The notes beneath the pieces are model-generated. The model had not been told where the DNA came from, searched no databases, and saw only the letters and a program-made list of their open reading frames with translations. Below are positions 60,455 through 64,000 of a stretch of DNA of 64,000 nt, piece after piece (within the stretch, counting starts at the first letter, position 1; each line of letters begins with the position of its first letter). Both the position numbers and the translations under genes were made by a program. The stretch covers positions 656,721 through 720,720 of the forward strand of contig CAVVOD010000003.1 in the NCBI GenBank assembly GCA_963749835.1, in the 5' to 3' direction. Source of the stretch: an uncultured Acidobacteriota bacterium. GTDB taxonomy: Bacteria > Acidobacteriota > Vicinamibacteria > Vicinamibacterales > 2-12-FULL-66-21.

Positions 60455-61225
60455 GTGGTACAGTTCTCCCCTGTGTACGAGCCCGTTCCGGAGCTCCCGT
60501 ATCTCCCCGTCCGGCGACCGGTGCTTGCGATCGAGCGGCTCGGCGCACTGGTGGAAGTCATCATCTGCTCAGGTTTCCCTTCACAGATCCTGCTGATCCT
60601 CGTGCTGCGCGGCTTCGGCATGCACATGATGACGGCCGATGGGCGGTTGTCCCCTCCGTTCGTCTTCACGCTGTCGCTCATCGACGCGGCACTGGTCGTC
60701 GGTCTCGTCGTGTTCTTCCTGCGGGCGCACCATGAGTCGGCGCGGGAGGTCCTCGTCGGTGGCAGGCCGGTCCTTCGCGAAGCGGTGGTCGGGCTCGCGC
60801 TGCTCCCCGCGATTTTCATGTTTGCGGTGCTGGTGCTCGTGGTCGTGTTGAGATTCGCTCCGCAGCTGCACAACGTGACGCAGAACCCGCTCGAAGACAT
60901 GCTCCGCACGCGCGACGATGCATTGATTTTTGCCGGGGTCGTCATGCTCGCCGGCGGCGTCCGTGAGGAAGTCCAGCGCGGCTTCATCGTCCATCGCTTC
61001 GGCCAGTACCTCGGCGGCGCCGGGTGGGGCGTGGTCATCTACAGCGTCATTTTCGGTCTCGGCCACGTGGAGCAGGGGATCGACGCGATGATCGTCACCG
61101 GGCTGCTCGGGGCCGCATGGGGGCTGCTCTACATCGCCCGCCGGAGCATCGTCGCGTCCATCGTCAGCCACGCGGGCTTCAACCTCGCGCAGCTCCTGAA
61201 GTACCTCGCGTTCGCCGTGAGGTAG
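60455..61225 (+). CDS. CPBP family intramembrane glutamic endopeptidase
   Basis: Multi-TM product with REEVQRGFIVHRF (EExxxR motif), FGLGH and SHAGFN motifs. The start is uncertain (GTG 60455 abuts the repeat element). Confidence 0.8.
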   Translation: MVQFSPVYEPVPELPYLPVRRPVLAIERLGALVEVIICSGFPSQILLILVLRGFGMHMMTADGRLSPPFVFTLSLIDAALVVGLVVFFLRAHHESAREVLVGGRPVLREAVVGLALLPAIFMFAVLVLVVVLRFAPQLHNVTQNPLEDMLRTRDDALIFAGVVMLAGGVREEVQRGFIVHRFGQYLGGAGWGVVIYSVIFGLGHVEQGIDAMIVTGLLGAAWGLLYIARRSIVASIVSHAGFNLAQLLKYLAFAVR

Positions 61226-61260
61226 CCAGCCGCTTGACCCGCCGATTCACCGGCTTCCTG

Positions 61261-62664
61261 ATGCTGTCGTCGCGCGAGCTGACGCTGCTCGCGCTCCTGT
61301 TCCTGTGCTCGCTGCCCGCGGTGACGGCGCGGCTGTACTCGTCCGACGAAGTGCAGTACTTCTCGTATCTCCGATCGCTGTGGTTCGATCACGACGTGTC
61401 GTTCGAAAACGAGTACCGGTATTTCTACGATCACGGGATCGCGCAGTCCGCCGGTTTCCACTACACGTTCCTCGAGCTGCAGACGCCGGCGGGGCGACGG
61501 ATCAACTACGGCACGATCGGGTGCGCGGTCCTCTGGAGTCCGTTCTACGCCGCGGCCGACGTCGTCGCGCGGGGCGCGCGGGCGGCCGGGTATGACGTTG
61601 CGGTGGACGGCTATTCCCGCCCGTACGTCATGGCCGTCGCTTACGGATCCACCTTTTACGGATTCGCCACTATCGTGCTTGGAATCGCGGCCGCCCGGCG
61701 CATCCTGGGTGCGAGCGCGCTGACGTCGGGATTCGCGGTGTGGGCCGGCACACCGATTCTCTTCTACATGTACATTGCGCCGCCGTTCTCACATGCGTGC
61801 TCGGCGTTTGCGGTTGCTCTCTTCGTCACGGTCTGGCTGCACGTGAGACGGACGTGGACTGTCCGCGGAGTCGTCGCGCTCGGGCTGTCGGGGGCGCTCG
61901 TGGCGATGGTGAGAGAGCAGGATCTGCTGTTCACTGTCGCGCCGGCGATCGATTACGCCCTGACGCAGTGGGCCCGGGCACGGAGCCGGGGCCCGGAGGG
62001 CAGGCCCGGCACGTCCATCGCACCGGCCGTGGCGGGATGCGTCGCGTTTGCGATCGGGTATCTGCCGCAGCTCCTCGCGTATGAGGCCCTGAACGGCGGA
62101 CCACGGCCGTCCGAGCTCGTCACGCGCAAGATGAACTGGATCTCGCCGCATGCGCTCCAGGTGCTCGCGTCACCTGAACACGGATTGTTTTTCTGGACAC
62201 CCCTTGCCGTCCTGTCCCTCGCGGGGCTCGTCGTCCTCTCAACGCGTGGCGATGCGGCCCGTCGCCGCGTGGGCGCGTGCCTGCTGCTGATGGTGGCGCT
62301 CCAGGTTTATGTGAGCGGCGCGGTCGAGTCGTGGACCGTGGCTGGAGCGTTCGGGCAGCGCCGCTTCGTCTCGATCACGATGCTCCTCGTGGTGGGGCTC
62401 GCGGCACTGCGCGAGGCCGTGCCGGCGCGAACGTCCCGCACGCTGCTGAACATCACGATAGCTTTCTGTGTCTGGTGGAACGTCGCGCTGATGGCGGAGT
62501 TCGGCACCGGGTTGATGGATCGTCAGCGCCTGGAGCCGGGGCGGAACGCATACGATGCCTTCGTCACGCTGCCGCGAATGGCACCGCATCTCATCTACCG
62601 CTACCTGGTGCATCGATCGTCGTTCTACAAACCACCAGCGGCCCCCCGGCAGGAACAGCGTTGA
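61261..62664 (+). CDS. polytopic membrane protein, putative GT-C-type (ArnT/PMT-like) glycosyltransferase
   Basis: Start at ATG 61261 (MLSSRELTLLALLFLC...). More than 10 predicted TM helices. An acidic first-loop motif (YSSDEVQYFSYLRSLWFDHD) recalls GT-C enzymes. It lies next to a GT4 gene. The assignment is tentative. Confidence 0.5.
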   Translation: MLSSRELTLLALLFLCSLPAVTARLYSSDEVQYFSYLRSLWFDHDVSFENEYRYFYDHGIAQSAGFHYTFLELQTPAGRRINYGTIGCAVLWSPFYAAADVVARGARAAGYDVAVDGYSRPYVMAVAYGSTFYGFATIVLGIAAARRILGASALTSGFAVWAGTPILFYMYIAPPFSHACSAFAVALFVTVWLHVRRTWTVRGVVALGLSGALVAMVREQDLLFTVAPAIDYALTQWARARSRGPEGRPGTSIAPAVAGCVAFAIGYLPQLLAYEALNGGPRPSELVTRKMNWISPHALQVLASPEHGLFFWTPLAVLSLAGLVVLSTRGDAARRRVGACLLLMVALQVYVSGAVESWTVAGAFGQRRFVSITMLLVVGLAALREAVPARTSRTLLNITIAFCVWWNVALMAEFGTGLMDRQRLEPGRNAYDAFVTLPRMAPHLIYRYLVHRSSFYKPPAAPRQEQR

Positions 62665-62672
62665 CGCCTCGC

Positions 62673-64000
62673 ATGCTCCGCATCCTCTACTTCGCGGACA
62701 TCCGTTTTCCCCTCGAACGCGCAAACGGAATCCAGACGATGGAGACGTGTTTCGCGCTGGCCGAGCGAGGGCACGACGTGGAGCTGATCGTGCGGCCGGA
62801 CACCGATAAGCTGGCGAGAGACCCATTCGAGTACTACGGGCTGCCGCCGTTGAAGCGCCTCTGGATTGAACGCGCGCCGACCAGTGGCCCCGTCGCCGCC
62901 CGGCGGCTCGGCTATCTTGCCTTCGCAGTCGGGCGTGCTGGCGGGAGCAAGCGTGCCGACGTCGTGTTCACCCGGGACCTCGGTGTGGCATCGTTGCTGC
63001 TGCGGATGCCACGGGGACTGCGTCCGCCTCTCGTCTACGAGTCGCACGGGTATGCGCCTGACGTGGCGGCCGCGCTGCCCGAGCTGATTGCCACCGCCGC
63101 GGTGCCTCCGCTAGGCAAGCTGCGCCGCCTCGAGCGTCGAGAGGCGCACGTCTGGCAGCGCGCCGAGGGATATGTCACGATCACGGCAGCCCTTGCGGCA
63201 GATCTCGTTGGCCGGTACGGCGAACGCCAGCGAGTCGCGGTGGTACCGGATGGCGTCAGACTCGGGGCTCGGGACTTGGGATTCGGGACTCGGGATTCTG
63301 GACTCGGGGACTCGGGACTCGGGGCTCGGGATTCGGGACTCGGGGAAACGGGACGCGGGATTCGGGACCGTAGCTTCCGCCTTCAGGCGGAAGACTCGGG
63401 AATGGCGACTCGGGACTCGGGATTCGGGGAAGCAGGAAGCGGGAAGCAGGAAGCAGGGAGCGGCATTCCAATCGTCGCCTACGCGGGCCATCTGTATGCC
63501 TGGAAGGGTGTCGACGTCCTGCTCGAAGCGCTTGCGCTCGTGCCGGCTGTTCGCGGATTGATTGTCGGCGGGCACGAGGCCGAACCGGATCTTGGCCGGC
63601 TGAGGACGCTGGCGGAGCGGCTCGGGATCGCTGCGCGGGTGACGTTCACCGGCCTCGTCGCACCTGCCAGGGTCGCGGATCTCCTTCGCAGCGCCACGAT
63701 CCTTGCGCTGCCGAATCCGGCCTCCGCCATCTCGAACCGCTTCACGTCGCCGTTGAAGCTGTTCGAGTACATGGCGGCCGGGCGGGCGATCGTCGCGTCA
63801 GATCTGCCGTCGGTCCGCGAGGTCCTGCACGACGACGTGGATGCGCTGCTGGTGGCGCCGGGAGATGCCGCTGCGCTCGCAGACGCCATCCGCCGCCTCG
63901 TCGCGGAGCCCGCGCTCGTCGAGCGGCTGGGGCGCCGGGCGGCCGAGGCGGCACCCGATTATTCCTGGGCCCGCCGCGCGGAGCGGCTCGAGGCGTTGTT
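62673..64000 (+). CDS. GT4-family glycosyltransferase, partial (runs off the right edge), with repeat-derived insertion in the inter-domain linker
   Basis: Absent from the ORF track because no stop occurs in the window. Hand translation from ATG 62673 is open to 64000. It reads MLRILYFADIRFPLERANGIQTMETCFALAERGHDVELIV...VVPDGVRLG-[repeat-encoded ~70 aa]-IPIVAYAGHLYAWKGVDVLLEAL...SPLKLFEYMAAGRAIVASDLPSVREVL. Confidence 0.85.
   Translation, partial: MLRILYFADIRFPLERANGIQTMETCFALAERGHDVELIVRPDTDKLARDPFEYYGLPPLKRLWIERAPTSGPVAARRLGYLAFAVGRAGGSKRADVVFTRDLGVASLLLRMPRGLRPPLVYESHGYAPDVAAALPELIATAAVPPLGKLRRLERREAHVWQRAEGYVTITAALAADLVGRYGERQRVAVVPDGVRLGARDLGFGTRDSGLGDSGLGARDSGLGETGRGIRDRSFRLQAEDSGMATRDSGFGEAGSGKQEAGSGIPIVAYAGHLYAWKGVDVLLEALALVPAVRGLIVGGHEAEPDLGRLRTLAERLGIAARVTFTGLVAPARVADLLRSATILALPNPASAISNRFTSPLKLFEYMAAGRAIVASDLPSVREVLHDDVDALLVAPGDAAALADAIRRLVAEPALVERLGRRAAEAAPDYSWARRAERLEAL
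63259..63468 (+). repeat. heptamer-array/hairpin element (copy 3) embedded in-frame in the GT4 coding sequence
   Basis: More than 14 GGGAYTC-like units surround CGTAGCTTCCGCC-TTCA-GGCGGAAG (hairpin 63374-63393). In the gene frame it translates as ARDLGFGTRDSGLGDSGLGARDSGLGETGRGIRDRSFRLQAEDSGMATRDSGFGEAGSGKQEAGSG, with no stop. Confidence 0.8.

Noticed and set aside
63259-63468. Short tandem repeats considered as a possible CRISPR array (also 60307-60447 and 9701-9970).
   Set aside because: The units are 5-7 bp with no unique spacers of 25-40 bp and no cas genes. The structure is that of heptamer microsatellite/REP-like arrays.

Overview
High-GC window: hand counts give about 72% G+C at 38401-38460, but only 55-58% at 29041-29100 and 30421-30480. 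The gene content points to Acidobacteriota (inference). Seven copies or remnants of the 'acidobacterial duplicated orphan permease' (ADOP; MacB/FtsX-like, about 840-940 aa) are present. Three still have an adjacent PadR-family regulator gene, and no ABC ATPase gene occurs anywhere in the window. Other content:
- Housekeeping and redox genes: class II ribonucleotide reductase nrdJ, two PQQ-type dehydrogenases with c-type haem motifs, a Zn-ADH, a BKACE enzyme and an FAD oxidoreductase.
- Signalling: an NtrC/NtrB-like pair divergent from a near-consensus sigma54 promoter, a NarL-type regulator operon with a propeller histidine kinase, an ECF42-like sigma factor with a DGPF/YCII partner, and a bacterial voltage-gated channel.
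- Envelope genes: two CPBP proteases, lipoproteins, OmpA-like, lytic transglycosylase, and a GT-C-like plus GT4 glycosyltransferase pair.

Most notable observations:
1. A repeat family built from GGGAYTC heptamer arrays around a conserved GC hairpin. Two copies abut gene 3' ends, and a third is embedded in-frame in the inter-domain linker of the GT4 gene.
2. A second, analogous CACGG/CCGTG-array element lies between convergent genes.
3. A 6.5 kb block is bracketed by an imperfect 62-bp duplication of a dehydrogenase 3' end. It carries an uncharacterised PDZ plus all-helical gene pair and a PadR-ADOP cassette.
4. The ADOP paralog swarm shows graded decay.

Caveat: at least 12 frameshift or nonsense lesions occur in otherwise clearly coding genes, including nrdJ, which is normally essential. 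Three of them (OmpA-like gene, cyclase fragment, 55830-57703 kinase) sit in homopolymer runs. Assembly indel error is therefore at least as likely as true pseudogenisation. No rRNA, tRNA, CRISPR array, transposase or integrase was recognised.
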